Below, piece after piece: positions 49,272 through 59,238 of a stretch of 64,000 nt of DNA (its first letter is position 1; each line of letters begins with the position of its first letter). Below the pieces are notes generated by a model that was not told where the DNA came from, made no database searches, and worked only from the letters and a program-made list of their open reading frames with translations. Source of the stretch: Thermoanaerobaculum aquaticum (GTDB lineage: Bacteria > Acidobacteriota > UBA4820); assembly GCA_020722885.1 (NCBI GenBank), contig DYJZ01000001.1, forward strand, positions 1,144 to 65,143. The letters are read 5' to 3'. Both the position numbers and the translations under genes were made by a program.

Positions 49272-50155
49272 TTAAAAACCTTCTCTCCCTCTACTCTAAA
49301 AGCAAAATCTTTTATTCCCTCAAGAACTGATAAAATTTTCTTTCTTCCTTCTCTTCCATAAAAGAAAAACCACAAGAAAAATATGCGCATTAGATTTATG
49401 GTAAAGAAAACAAGAGGAATTGGAATTAGAAAGCAGGAACCATTTTTAAAGAGAAAGCGAAGATGATTTCTAAAGTAGTAGTAAAGGTAACTTCTTGACT
49501 CCAGGGTGGTCGATGCTGAACCAATATGATTTATCTTTATATCAGGCATCACAAAAAGTGAGTAACCATTTCTCTTCAATCTTAAAGACCAGTCAACATC
49601 CTCCCAGTAAAGAAAATATTCTTCATCCATCAATCCCGCATCATCGGCAACTTTCCCCGGAAAACACATTGCACAACCTGTCAGATAATCACTTTTCCTT
49701 TTTTTAAAATCATAAACTTTTTTTGGAGACTTAATGTGTCTGGCTCTTCCAGTCAGCCTCGAATACTTTCCACCGCAAAACCATACTTTTTCACCATCTT
49801 TATCGTAAATTAGTGGAGAAAAAACTATTTTTGACTCTTTAAATTTAGAGATAATTTTTTTTGTTTCCTTACAAAAATTTTCACAACACTCCACATCATT
49901 GTTTAAAATCATTACCCAATCTGCACCGTCTTTTAGCGCTTTTTTTATCCCTTTATTCATTCCTCCAGCAAAACCAGTATTCTTTTTTAAAGAAATTTTT
50001 TCTATAAACGGAAATTCTTTCTCAAGAATATCTTCAGCCAGCTTATCTTCCCCGTTAATGACGACATATATCTTTTCATCACTTGTTTTTAAGGATTTGA
50101 GGCACTTTCTTGTAATTTCAAAGTCTCTGTAATGAAGGATTATATAGGCTATCAT
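49268..50155 (-). CDS. Glycosyltransferase, GT2 family
   Basis: N-terminal ...IAYIILHYRDFEIT... and ...VMILNNDVE... (DxD). Confidence 0.7.
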   Translation of the reverse strand: MIAYIILHYRDFEITRKCLKSLKTSDEKIYVVINGEDKLAEDILEKEFPFIEKISLKKNTGFAGGMNKGIKKALKDGADWVMILNNDVECCENFCKETKKIISKFKESKIVFSPLIYDKDGEKVWFCGGKYSRLTGRARHIKSPKKVYDFKKRKSDYLTGCAMCFPGKVADDAGLMDEEYFLYWEDVDWSLRLKRNGYSLFVMPDIKINHIGSASTTLESRSYLYYYFRNHLRFLFKNGSCFLIPIPLVFFTINLMRIFFLWFFFYGREGRKKILSVLEGIKDFAFRVEGEKVFN

Positions 50156-50162
50156 CTCTTTA

Positions 50163-51731
50163 TCACATATAGCCCAAATTTTTGAGCTTCTCCTTTACCT
50201 GCTCTTCATCTATGTTTTGACTGTTTAAATCAATTTTTCTAATACTACCATAATCTTCAAATTTAATTTTTTCTGGTTCTTTCACATACCCAATAAGCGG
50301 TTTACCATCCATCGTTAGCCCAACTGGCAAACCCAGAAGATAGAGAATGGTCGGACAGATATCTACTATTTCTGCCTCCTCAATCTTCTCTTTCTGCTCG
50401 AAAGAATTTCCATACAAAATCAGAAAACCATTTTTTCTATGAGAACCGCTTTTTATAGCACCATATTGAGAGGATACTTTAATTTCTTCATATAAAGACC
50501 AATCAGTTTTGAAGGCGTATCTTCCATCCTCTTCAAGAATCAAATCTGGAGCGTTTTCAAGCCACTCTCCCTTGTAGACTTCCTCTTTCTTCCAGACTTT
50601 TACAAAAGGTCTGTTTTGAGTTTCTTCATCGATATAGTTCATAAATCTCTCTTTAAGCTCATTTGCTATTTCATTTTTTCTTTTCTCATCAAGGATAACA
50701 ACAGACCTGCCAGAAACACTTGTAAAGACAGCACTCGATTTTGTAAAGTCTATAAAACCAAGAGGATTTGCAAGCGGTGAGCTTTTAATATTTTCTCTCA
50801 AAAATTTCCTGATTTTAGGTGGAACAACCGATTTTAAAACTTTTTTTATTGGAGACTTTTTTAAAACATCTTCAGCGTATTCATTAACTTTGAGGTATCC
50901 CCACTTATGAAGAAGTTTGTTTACATACACATCTTTGTAAAGCGGACCAAAACCGTGGTCTGAATAGATTATAAGGTCACAGTCACCAAACTCTTTTAAA
51001 AAATTTTGAATCCCCTTTTCAATTCTCCTGTAATATCTTAAAATTTCATCTTTAAATTTAGTTCCATCGACATATTTTGGATGGCTCTCATCAAAATCGT
51101 GCCAGTAAAAATGCATAACTCTATCAGATTCGTCGTAAATATGCATCATAACTAATGGATTGATTTTTTTCATTAGTTCTACTGATATTTTCTCATCAAT
51201 CTCCGTAATTTCATAAATTTCTTCTAAAAATTTGACTCTGTTTCCTTTTTCAAGATGGAAAGTGCTTGCCCCAAACTTCCCATTTTTTTCTTTTTGAACA
51301 TACTCTTCTACCTCTTCTGGATAAGCATAGGATGCACTCTTTGCTGGGGTAGCCATTCCTGAAACCATAAAGCCGTTTACTTTATCTACAGGATATGAGC
51401 AGGGAACATTGTAAAAACCACATTTTATATTGTGGTAACTCAATATCTCCCATATAGCAGGATATTTTCTGTCCATCGAAGAAAGAAGCCTTAACGATTT
51501 TGAATTTTTGTCAAAAACAAAAAAATCAAAAATATTGTGCTTTCCAGGATTCACTCCTGTAAAAGATGAGGTCCAGGCAGGGGGAGTTAGCGCCGGAACC
51601 GTGCTTTTTAGTTCACCAGAGCAACCCTCTTCCATAAGTTTTTTAAAAAAGGGAAGTTCTCCGCTTAAAGTGAATTTCTTTATTAGATCAGGAGTTCCGC
51701 CATCAATTCCAATAATCAATATCTTTTTCAA
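50163..51731 (-). CDS. Alkaline-phosphatase-superfamily protein (NPP/type-I phosphodiesterase-like, COG3379-like), paralog 1; carries the conserved C-terminal tail ...EEQVKEKLKNLGYM
   Basis: N-terminal metal-site motif ...LIIGIDGGTPDL.... Nucleophile region ...STVPALTPPAWTSSFTGVNPGKHNIFDF.... C-terminal tail motif shared with four other proteins in the module. Confidence 0.7.
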   Translation of the reverse strand: MKKILIIGIDGGTPDLIKKFTLSGELPFFKKLMEEGCSGELKSTVPALTPPAWTSSFTGVNPGKHNIFDFFVFDKNSKSLRLLSSMDRKYPAIWEILSYHNIKCGFYNVPCSYPVDKVNGFMVSGMATPAKSASYAYPEEVEEYVQKEKNGKFGASTFHLEKGNRVKFLEEIYEITEIDEKISVELMKKINPLVMMHIYDESDRVMHFYWHDFDESHPKYVDGTKFKDEILRYYRRIEKGIQNFLKEFGDCDLIIYSDHGFGPLYKDVYVNKLLHKWGYLKVNEYAEDVLKKSPIKKVLKSVVPPKIRKFLRENIKSSPLANPLGFIDFTKSSAVFTSVSGRSVVILDEKRKNEIANELKERFMNYIDEETQNRPFVKVWKKEEVYKGEWLENAPDLILEEDGRYAFKTDWSLYEEIKVSSQYGAIKSGSHRKNGFLILYGNSFEQKEKIEEAEIVDICPTILYLLGLPVGLTMDGKPLIGYVKEPEKIKFEDYGSIRKIDLNSQNIDEEQVKEKLKNLGYM

Positions 51732-53326
51732 GACATATACCCCAAACTTTTAAGTTTCTTTTGAATCTCCTCTCCATCAAAATCAATCCTTTCTCTTTCA
51801 GGCTTCTTCCCTTCGCAAAACTCTATTTTATGTTTTTCAAGATAGGAACTTTCAACTATTCTCTGGAAAACCTTTCCATCAAGATTATCAGGAATTTTTT
51901 GACCAAGAAAATAAAGGATTAAAGGTGCTATATCCAAAACAGAAATTTCACCCTTTTCAATTAACTGAGGAGTAATGTTTCTGCCATAACATAGAAAAAC
52001 ACCAAATAGTGAATGAATTCCTCTATCCACGAGTGCAAAGGGATTTTTCTCCAGCGTCCTTACTGCTGAGGAATAACCCCACTCAGAGTCGCCAAAAATC
52101 AGGTCAGGAGCATATTTTAAAAATTCTCCAGAATAGGTCTCCTCCTTATAAAAAATATCCCTGAAAAGTTTCTCCCCACCAAACTCAAGAGAAAGAAGTA
52201 AATTTTTCAAACTATCTCTTACCTCTTCTATGTCACATTCATCAACAATACCATCTTCAAATCTTAATTTGTCGTTTATGGTAACACCATATGATTCAGA
52301 AGTCATCATCAGCGCTTTTGATTTTAATGGATTTGCTTTGAGAAATAGAGGGTATGGGTATCCAAATTTTCTTAATAATTTAATAAATTTTCCTGCAAAT
52401 GGATTTTTCATTCCCATCTTCAGCCATCTTTCACTCACTTTTTTGAAATCACTTCTGTCAAATAGACCCTTTTCCATTTTGTGGCTTAAAGGTGGAGAAG
52501 GGTTTTCGTAATCTGGCTCCAAAAAACCATTTTGGAAAAGAATTTCATTAAAATGCAATATCCCTTTTGCTTTTTTGAAACCGTGATCGCTTACGATCAT
52601 TAAACAATCATCTTCACCAAGACCTTTTGCTGCAAAATATATCGCTTCGTCAAAAAGCCTGAATATTTCGTATGCTTCCTCTGGAGCAACTCCATCAAAC
52701 ATCTCCCCAAAAAATTCGTGGCTAAGCCAGTCCCCACCCGAGAAAACAATAAAAAAACAGTCCCAATCTTTGTGCCACAAATGCTTCATTGCCTGAAATC
52801 TTATTCTTTCAATTTCGTAAACACCTTTAATGTAGCCTTTTAAATCCCCTTTTCTCAAAAGTGAAGTGTCAGGAAATATCCTGTAGTTCTTAAAAATATC
52901 CACTTCTTCTTTCAAACTTTCTGGAAAAACGCAATTTTCACCCTGCGTTAAAAGTGAGGTAATTGTTATTTCTGATGTAAGGGGGGGATATGTTCCTGGA
53001 AGATTTATTAAAATTGTTTTCTTTCCGTTCCTGCTTAATATTTCATAAAATGTCTCTGTCTGTATGTCCCATGATTGAAGAGGTCTTATTCTTGAAAGCG
53101 AATTTTCCGCTTTGTTAAAATCAAAACAACCGTGTTTTCCAGGATTCACACCTGTTGCCATTGATATCCAAGAAGGTGCCGTAACTGGCGGATATGTTGA
53201 CAGAAGTTTTCCCCTTGCTGAATCTTTATACAAATCATTTAAGCAGGGCATAATATTCTTTTCCATAAGGACCTCAAGAAGATCCCATGTTGCCCCATCA
53301 ATACCCAAAACGACTACTTTTCCCAT
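51728..53326 (-). CDS. Alkaline-phosphatase-superfamily protein (COG3379-like), paralog 2; C-terminal tail ...GEEIQKKLKSLGYMS
   Basis: ...VVLGIDGATWDL..., ...STYPPVTAPSWISMATGVNPGKHGCFDF..., and the conserved tail. Confidence 0.7.
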   Translation of the reverse strand: MGKVVVLGIDGATWDLLEVLMEKNIMPCLNDLYKDSARGKLLSTYPPVTAPSWISMATGVNPGKHGCFDFNKAENSLSRIRPLQSWDIQTETFYEILSRNGKKTILINLPGTYPPLTSEITITSLLTQGENCVFPESLKEEVDIFKNYRIFPDTSLLRKGDLKGYIKGVYEIERIRFQAMKHLWHKDWDCFFIVFSGGDWLSHEFFGEMFDGVAPEEAYEIFRLFDEAIYFAAKGLGEDDCLMIVSDHGFKKAKGILHFNEILFQNGFLEPDYENPSPPLSHKMEKGLFDRSDFKKVSERWLKMGMKNPFAGKFIKLLRKFGYPYPLFLKANPLKSKALMMTSESYGVTINDKLRFEDGIVDECDIEEVRDSLKNLLLSLEFGGEKLFRDIFYKEETYSGEFLKYAPDLIFGDSEWGYSSAVRTLEKNPFALVDRGIHSLFGVFLCYGRNITPQLIEKGEISVLDIAPLILYFLGQKIPDNLDGKVFQRIVESSYLEKHKIEFCEGKKPERERIDFDGEEIQKKLKSLGYMS

Positions 53327-54799
53327 TTATGCCAGTTTAACTTTCTCAATAAGTTTACCAAACAATTCTTTATCCTCTTTTTCCATACCTAAAAAAATTA
53401 TACTAATAACAAACAAAATCAAAGAGACAAGCAATGAAAGTAATGGAACTATGTTGTAAAGCAAGAAGCCTGCAATTAAAGATAAAGATACAGAAAAAAG
53501 AGGCTTTAAAATTGATTTATTCCAGGGTGATATTTTCAATATTATATTAATTTCGATAGATCTTAAAAGATTGACAACAATCAAACTCAAAGCCGACCCG
53601 AGAGCAGCACCTAAGGCTCCATACTCTGGAATTAAAATAACAAGCAAAATAACATTAAAAATGCCCACAAATATCGCATTTACAAGGTTAACTTTTGGAT
53701 GACCTGTCTGCGTAATAAGCGTGCCATTTGTTCCAAAAGCAGCGCTGAATAACTGCCCTGCTGTTAAAACAGATAGCGGCAGTATTCCTTCTTTAAAATC
53801 TTTTCCAAAAAGAGAAAGTATCAATTTTGATCCAAAAATAAGAACTATTGCCGCTATTGATGCAGCAATAAAAATCCACCTTGTTGAGGTCTTGTATAAA
53901 TTTGAAAGTCCCTCCGTGTCACTTTTACCTGTTAACGCAGAATATTGAGGCGCAAGTGATGCCCCAAGAGAATCTGCAGGCATTCCAACACCGAGAGCAA
54001 GCCGTGAAGCAATTGCATAAATTCCAACCTCCTTTGGCTCTCTAAAAAAACCCATTATAAGTATGTCAGACTGAAGTATGAAGAAACTTAAAAAATTTAA
54101 GAAAAGAATTGGAATTGAGAAAGAGAATAATTCTCTGTATCTGTTTTCTTTAAGAGGCGGTAAAGGTGGAATTTTTTGCAGTTCTTTTCTCACCCAAATA
54201 TATGAGAAAAGAAAAACTATTGCCGCTGATAAAACATAGCAAAAAAGAACAAATTCCATTTTCCTTACAAATAGTGCCCCAATAAGTAAAAAGAGAGAAA
54301 AGATTAGAGGATGGGCAATTTTTTCGATAAAGACCCTTTTTCTTATCCTCATAAAGCCCTGAAGAATACTGCTTTTTACATTGTATAATGAGAGAAAAGG
54401 AATTGAAAGACCAAGCCCGATTAACGGCACAACAAGGCTTTCTTTCTTATAAACTTTATTTGCTATAAACGGCGAAATAAGAACAAAAAATGATAAAGAC
54501 AGAATACCAATTATCAATGTTAGTTTTGTTCCATTTTTTATAAACCATAAAGTGGAAGAGTAATTTTCTTTCTCCTTTTCTTTTGCCACAAAGTGAACCA
54601 TTGCCGATGGGAATCCAAAAGAGGTCGCTATTGTAGTTACTGTCACAATGGTATTTGCAAGGGCGTAAATGCCAAAACCTGCGGCTCCAAGAATCCTTGT
54701 CAGGATTATGTTGTTCCCATAGCGAACAAAAGCTCCACCCAGACTGAACAGCCATGCAAAGCCGCCTTCTTTCGCCGCTATTTTGCCTCTATCTGCCAT
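53327..54799 (-). CDS. wzx: Wzx-type polysaccharide flippase (second copy in the window)
   Basis: 490 aa, about 14 TM helices, Polysacc_synt-like. Confidence 0.7.
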   Translation of the reverse strand: MADRGKIAAKEGGFAWLFSLGGAFVRYGNNIILTRILGAAGFGIYALANTIVTVTTIATSFGFPSAMVHFVAKEKEKENYSSTLWFIKNGTKLTLIIGILSLSFFVLISPFIANKVYKKESLVVPLIGLGLSIPFLSLYNVKSSILQGFMRIRKRVFIEKIAHPLIFSLFLLIGALFVRKMEFVLFCYVLSAAIVFLFSYIWVRKELQKIPPLPPLKENRYRELFSFSIPILFLNFLSFFILQSDILIMGFFREPKEVGIYAIASRLALGVGMPADSLGASLAPQYSALTGKSDTEGLSNLYKTSTRWIFIAASIAAIVLIFGSKLILSLFGKDFKEGILPLSVLTAGQLFSAAFGTNGTLITQTGHPKVNLVNAIFVGIFNVILLVILIPEYGALGAALGSALSLIVVNLLRSIEINIILKISPWNKSILKPLFSVSLSLIAGFLLYNIVPLLSLLVSLILFVISIIFLGMEKEDKELFGKLIEKVKLA

Positions 54800-54802
54800 A
54801 TG

Positions 54803-56080
54803 TTATAAATATCCGAGAGATTTAAGTTGTTTTTCAATCTCTTTACTGCTTTTTCCTTCGCTTGAGGGTAAATCAGATTTATAGTTCATTGATTTGAGAA
54901 AATCATCCATTTTCTTTTTCATAGTTTTTTCTAAATCTTTGTCGCAATAAGGCTTCCCGCTCCTTTCAAAAAGATTTTCTTCTTCCAGTTTCATCTGCCA
55001 TTTATTTTCAACATAACCATTTCTTTCAACATAAATAAAATTTTTATCCCTTATAGCCTTCATAAAGTTGTCAACATGTTCTGAAAAGGAAAAATCTCTT
55101 ATTTTGCCTTTCCCGCTTAAAAGTTTTGAAAGATCTATTCCCTGATACCTTTCTTCCTCTATGTTTGCATACCCTGCTATTGTAGGAGCAATGTCAGTAT
55201 GCTCCACAATTTCATTACATTCTTCTCCTCCATATTTATTTTCTGGGAATTTTACAAAAAGCGGGACATTCACTGTTTCATCAAACAATTTCTTATGGGC
55301 ACAGAAAATATTATGGTCTCCAAGAAGACATTCACCATGGTCTGCTGTTAGAAAAATCAAACTTTCTTTATACAAATCCAATTTTTTTAAAATGGAGAAA
55401 AAGACATTCAGTTCGTTATCTATATAACTTATCGCTCCTTTGTAGCATTCAGGGAAAAAAGAAAGGTCAACTTTTTTTTCATATTCTTTAAAATACGGCG
55501 AAAACCAGCCCTTTGAATCTATCTGCTCTTTTACACTATTTTTTGCTCTGGTTTTATTTCCTTTAAAATATTTCTTGGGTGAGTAATAAGGCATATGGGC
55601 ATCAAAAAAATGAAGCCATAAAAACTTATTATCTCCTCTCCCTCTGTCAAGAAGCCATTTTAAGCCTTTCGAAACAACATTTTGAGCCTTTCTTCTTTCG
55701 CCCATTAACTTTTTTATAATTTTTTTTACTCTTGAATTATAAGGGCTAAAAATGTCATCAGTTTCACCAACTTTGTTCCCGAGTTGATTTGCAAGGAATG
55801 AAATTCCGCAAACTGCTTTTGTTTCAAAGTATTTACTTCTCAATCTATTATCCAGTGAAAAATCTGGCAGGGGTACAGAAGTGTAATTTGAATAGACACC
55901 GTGCTGAAATAGATATTGTGATGTAAACATTGTGTAATGGGATGAGAGCGTATTCTGGCTCTGAGAAAAAGCGTTTGAAAAAGAAACCCAATCCTGTTTA
56001 TCCTTAAAAAATTGTGGCATCAAATCAGGATTGAAGTAATCTTTTCTTACACAATCAAGGGTAATTAAAATAACAATCAT
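54803..56080 (-). CDS. Sulfatase-fold (AP-superfamily) hydrolase/transferase lacking the C/S-x-P-x-R formylglycine motif; C-terminal tail ...SKEIEKQLKSLGYL
   Basis: N-terminal ...MIVILITLDCVRKDYF... aligns to the sulfatase metal-binding start, but the formylglycine position reads ...NTLSSHY.... Downstream ...LWLHFFDAHMPY... matches the sulfatase metal ligands. Carries the conserved tail. Confidence 0.65.
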   Translation of the reverse strand: MIVILITLDCVRKDYFNPDLMPQFFKDKQDWVSFSNAFSQSQNTLSSHYTMFTSQYLFQHGVYSNYTSVPLPDFSLDNRLRSKYFETKAVCGISFLANQLGNKVGETDDIFSPYNSRVKKIIKKLMGERRKAQNVVSKGLKWLLDRGRGDNKFLWLHFFDAHMPYYSPKKYFKGNKTRAKNSVKEQIDSKGWFSPYFKEYEKKVDLSFFPECYKGAISYIDNELNVFFSILKKLDLYKESLIFLTADHGECLLGDHNIFCAHKKLFDETVNVPLFVKFPENKYGGEECNEIVEHTDIAPTIAGYANIEEERYQGIDLSKLLSGKGKIRDFSFSEHVDNFMKAIRDKNFIYVERNGYVENKWQMKLEEENLFERSGKPYCDKDLEKTMKKKMDDFLKSMNYKSDLPSSEGKSSKEIEKQLKSLGYL

Positions 56081-57108
56081 TGAATTTTAACCAGATTTTT
56101 GTATTTTCTTTCAATATCCTCGCTGTTTAATCTTGGATAGATTATTCTTAAAGTCCTTGTCCTGTAAAAATTTATATCAACGCATTTCATTGCCTGCACC
56201 TCGTTTCCACAGGCACAGACTGAGTGTGGACAGATTCTGTAATTTAAGGAAAGTTCAGGAAAACCATCTAAAAGATTTCCAATTTTCTCCTTTATAATTC
56301 TTTTTTCAACCATTTTTTTCCCGAAAGATCTGTTAATTTTATAGGCTACCTTCTCAAAAAGAGTCCACTCTGGATATTTGTCAACGCCACATTTATAAAT
56401 ATCTCCCTTATGGTCAATGTAAAAGTAATCTTCACCTGCTCCACAGGCTTTTCCCTTCGGCGAATCTCTTTCAACAAGCATTCTGTAATAATGGTGGGAA
56501 AAGAAAACTTCTTTTAAAAAATTTCTCTCGCTTTGAGTATATGCATCGGGATAGGTCTTCCCGTTATACTCACCATTAAGTTCATTGAGAATAAAGGGAA
56601 CGCCCATATCATCCAATCTTTTCTTGTACTCTTTGATTTTTTCAAACCTATTGGGAATAGCAACATATCCGACATAAATTAAAACTCCCATATCATTTAT
56701 TCTTTTTACCTTTTCAAAAAAATCTTCAATATTATTGATAACGGTATCGTGCAGGGTACAACCCATTCCCAGTTTTTTTAGATTGACTCTTTCAAAAAAA
56801 TCATTCATACAACTCCAGTCCGCCTGAAGATTTGACGAGAATGAAACTCCAAGAATGCTGTCACTTTTGCTCAGCTCAATTACCCCCTGCTGCAGTTCCT
56901 TTGAAAGAAAGAACTCCCCCTCCACACCAATCCTCAAAACTATTTTTTCTTCTGCCTTCTTTAAAACCTCAACGCACCTAAAAAATTTTTGAGAATCGAA
57001 TTCAACCTTTCTCTTCGGCCACTCAGCAATACAGTAAGGGCATTTCAGGTTACATTTTGTAAATCTAACCTGCCATCTGATTTTAACAATCTTCTTTGAG
57101 TCAGTCAT
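56077..57108 (-). CDS. Radical SAM enzyme with a C-terminal SPASM/twitch-like cysteine cluster
   Basis: CNLKCPYC (Cx3Cx2C) at residues 19-26. C-terminal ...GKACGAGEDYFYIDHKGDIYKCG... and ...ICPHSVCACGNEVQAMKC... auxiliary-cluster-like motifs. Confidence 0.7.
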   Translation of the reverse strand: MTDSKKIVKIRWQVRFTKCNLKCPYCIAEWPKRKVEFDSQKFFRCVEVLKKAEEKIVLRIGVEGEFFLSKELQQGVIELSKSDSILGVSFSSNLQADWSCMNDFFERVNLKKLGMGCTLHDTVINNIEDFFEKVKRINDMGVLIYVGYVAIPNRFEKIKEYKKRLDDMGVPFILNELNGEYNGKTYPDAYTQSERNFLKEVFFSHHYYRMLVERDSPKGKACGAGEDYFYIDHKGDIYKCGVDKYPEWTLFEKVAYKINRSFGKKMVEKRIIKEKIGNLLDGFPELSLNYRICPHSVCACGNEVQAMKCVDINFYRTRTLRIIYPRLNSEDIERKYKNLVKIQ

Positions 57109-58393
57109 AGATTTTCTTTAAAATTATAGAGCCAACATCTTCTATGTGAGGTTTTTTTGTAAACTTTTCGTCCGTAATTAAAAATGCATCGTCTCTCGTG
57201 TGCATTCCGGTGAAATGGGTTTTCGCAAAAGGTTCGGTGCTTCTGGGATTTCCCTTTAAATCAAAGCCATAATTTGAGAGAAGAACCATATCAGGTGCGT
57301 TTGAAATGTAGTCTCCCTTATAAATCTCTTCTTTATAGAAAATCTCTCTAATTACTTTTTTCCCGTTTCTTTCGAGAGAGGAAAAAAGTTGCTTTAAATC
57401 CGTTCTGATTTTCTCAACATCATTTTCTTCAACGCTGCCTTTAGGATACTTATCTTTTCGGTGGATGTAAATTCTTGAAGGGTCCATAGCAAAAGCCCTG
57501 CTTTGAGAATCTATTTTGCCAAAATCCGAAGGGGGATCTTCCTCCCATTTTAAAAAGCCATTCTGAACAAGAATCCTGTTTAAATAGACTTCTTCTTCTA
57601 TTTTTGTAAAGCCGTGGTCGCTCATCATTAGAACGGTATCTTTCTCATTTGTTCTGTCAAGTATTTCACCAACAGCCTCATCAACCTTCTTATAAAACTT
57701 CATTGCTGTTTCAAATCTCTCACTCTTTTCATCCACAACAACATCATATTCAAAATGCTGTAAACGGTCAGTATCTGTAATTACACCTATAAAGAGGTCA
57801 CACTGTTCATTCCACAACTCACTGAAAACTTTTCTTCTTTTGTCAAGGGTATCAAAAAGATCATCGTAAAAAAACTTTTTGTCTTTCGCTTTTGTAGTGT
57901 CAACATCAATTTTATAATCCATTTTTTTCAATTTTTCGTAAAGAGTTTGAGGATAAACAGATTTTTTAAGGTCAACAGCAACAAAGCCTGATATCAAAAT
58001 TCCGTTATGCTCTCTTGCTGGATATGTTCCGGGCAGGTTGAGAACTGTGCTCTTCTTACCATTTTCCCCGATTTTATCCCAGATAGTTTTTTCTTTCAAC
58101 GAAAGATAGTTAGGAAAAGTTATCGAATAAGAATTGGGCTTAAGTTCAGTAAAACCGAAAATTCCGTGTCTTGCGGGATTTGTTCCAGTCATAAATGAAG
58201 CCCACGAAACAGATGAAATCTCAGGAAGTGAAGCATCCATCTGCATAAAATTGCCTTTCTGACATAAATTCTTTATATTGGGACAAACTCCTCTTTCAAT
58301 AAGGTTTTTTAAAAGTGAAAAGGGAACTCCGTCAAGTCCAATCATTACAACTCTCTTTTCCCTTTTCTTGAGAATATTCTTAATAAAATTCAT
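57101..58393 (-). CDS. Alkaline-phosphatase-superfamily protein (COG3379-like), paralog 3 (no tail motif)
   Basis: ...VVMIGLDGVPFSLL... and ...SWASFMTGTNPARHGIFGF.... Confidence 0.7.
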   Translation of the reverse strand: MNFIKNILKKREKRVVMIGLDGVPFSLLKNLIERGVCPNIKNLCQKGNFMQMDASLPEISSVSWASFMTGTNPARHGIFGFTELKPNSYSITFPNYLSLKEKTIWDKIGENGKKSTVLNLPGTYPAREHNGILISGFVAVDLKKSVYPQTLYEKLKKMDYKIDVDTTKAKDKKFFYDDLFDTLDKRRKVFSELWNEQCDLFIGVITDTDRLQHFEYDVVVDEKSERFETAMKFYKKVDEAVGEILDRTNEKDTVLMMSDHGFTKIEEEVYLNRILVQNGFLKWEEDPPSDFGKIDSQSRAFAMDPSRIYIHRKDKYPKGSVEENDVEKIRTDLKQLFSSLERNGKKVIREIFYKEEIYKGDYISNAPDMVLLSNYGFDLKGNPRSTEPFAKTHFTGMHTRDDAFLITDEKFTKKPHIEDVGSIILKKIYD

Positions 58394-58395
58394 TT

Positions 58396-59238
58396 TTAGT
58401 TTCCTCTAATCCTTGAAAAGAATTTCTCTGCAACCCAATCGGGAATCCTCATATTTCCTTCACCAATTCCAATGAATATGTTCGGGCGATTGCTTCCGTG
58501 GAAATCGCTTCCACCAGTTACCAGAAGGTCCAATTCCTGTGCTATCTGCAGGAGGTTTTCCTCATCCTCCTTTGTGTGATTTCTGTAAAAACATTCCAAT
58601 CCCTCAAGTCCACTTTCTTTAAGTCTTATTACAACTTCCCTGATTTCACTAAAATTCAATTTTAAAGATAATGGGTGAGCCAGAACGGGAACCCCTCCAC
58701 TTTCGAGTATTATTCTTATTGCTTCTTCTGGTTCAAATCTAAATTTGTCCACATAGCATTGCGCTCCCTTTTTGAGATACCTGTCAAAAGCCTCCTGTGT
58801 GGATGATACATAGCCCTTCTTTAGCATTACCGAGGCAAAATGGGGTCTTCCAACCACCTTTCCCCCTGCTTCTTTTACAACATCTTCATAACATAAATCA
58901 AAACCTGCCTCGTTAAGTTTTTGAACAATTTTGGGGTTTCTTTCCTCTCTCGCTTTTCTTAGAAACTTAAGTTTTTCATTCAGAGTTTTATCTCTGTAGT
59001 CAATGCCATAGCCGAGAATGTGCATTGTTCGGTCTTTAAATTCTGCAGAAACCTCTACGCCTCCCGCGAACTTTAGCCCTCTTTCTCTGGCATAAAGTAG
59101 AGCACTCTCAACCCCATCTATCGTGTCGTGGTCTGTAAGTGAAAGATGTGTTATCCCCTGAGATATTGCATAATCAACGAGGTCTTCCGGGTGAAATGTC
59201 CCATCAGATGCTGTTGAATGAGTATGCAGGTCAATCAT
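58396..59238 (-). CDS. PHP-family metal-dependent phosphoesterase (candidate 3',5'-bisphosphonucleotide/pAp phosphatase)
   Basis: N-terminal [13 protein letters not shown]...[11 protein letters not shown] motifs. Immediately downstream of and overlapping cysC. Confidence 0.7.
   Translation of the reverse strand: MIDLHTHSTASDGTFHPEDLVDYAISQGITHLSLTDHDTIDGVESALLYARERGLKFAGGVEVSAEFKDRTMHILGYGIDYRDKTLNEKLKFLRKAREERNPKIVQKLNEAGFDLCYEDVVKEAGGKVVGRPHFASVMLKKGYVSSTQEAFDRYLKKGAQCYVDKFRFEPEEAIRIILESGGVPVLAHPLSLKLNFSEIREVVIRLKESGLEGLECFYRNHTKEDEENLLQIAQELDLLVTGGSDFHGSNRPNIFIGIGEGNMRIPDWVAEKFFSRIRGN

Noticed and set aside
54803-57108. Radical SAM as an anaerobic sulfatase-maturating enzyme for the adjacent sulfatase-fold protein.
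   Set aside because: The sulfatase-fold protein lacks the C/S-x-P-x-R formylglycine motif (it reads NTLSSH). There is therefore no formylglycine target.
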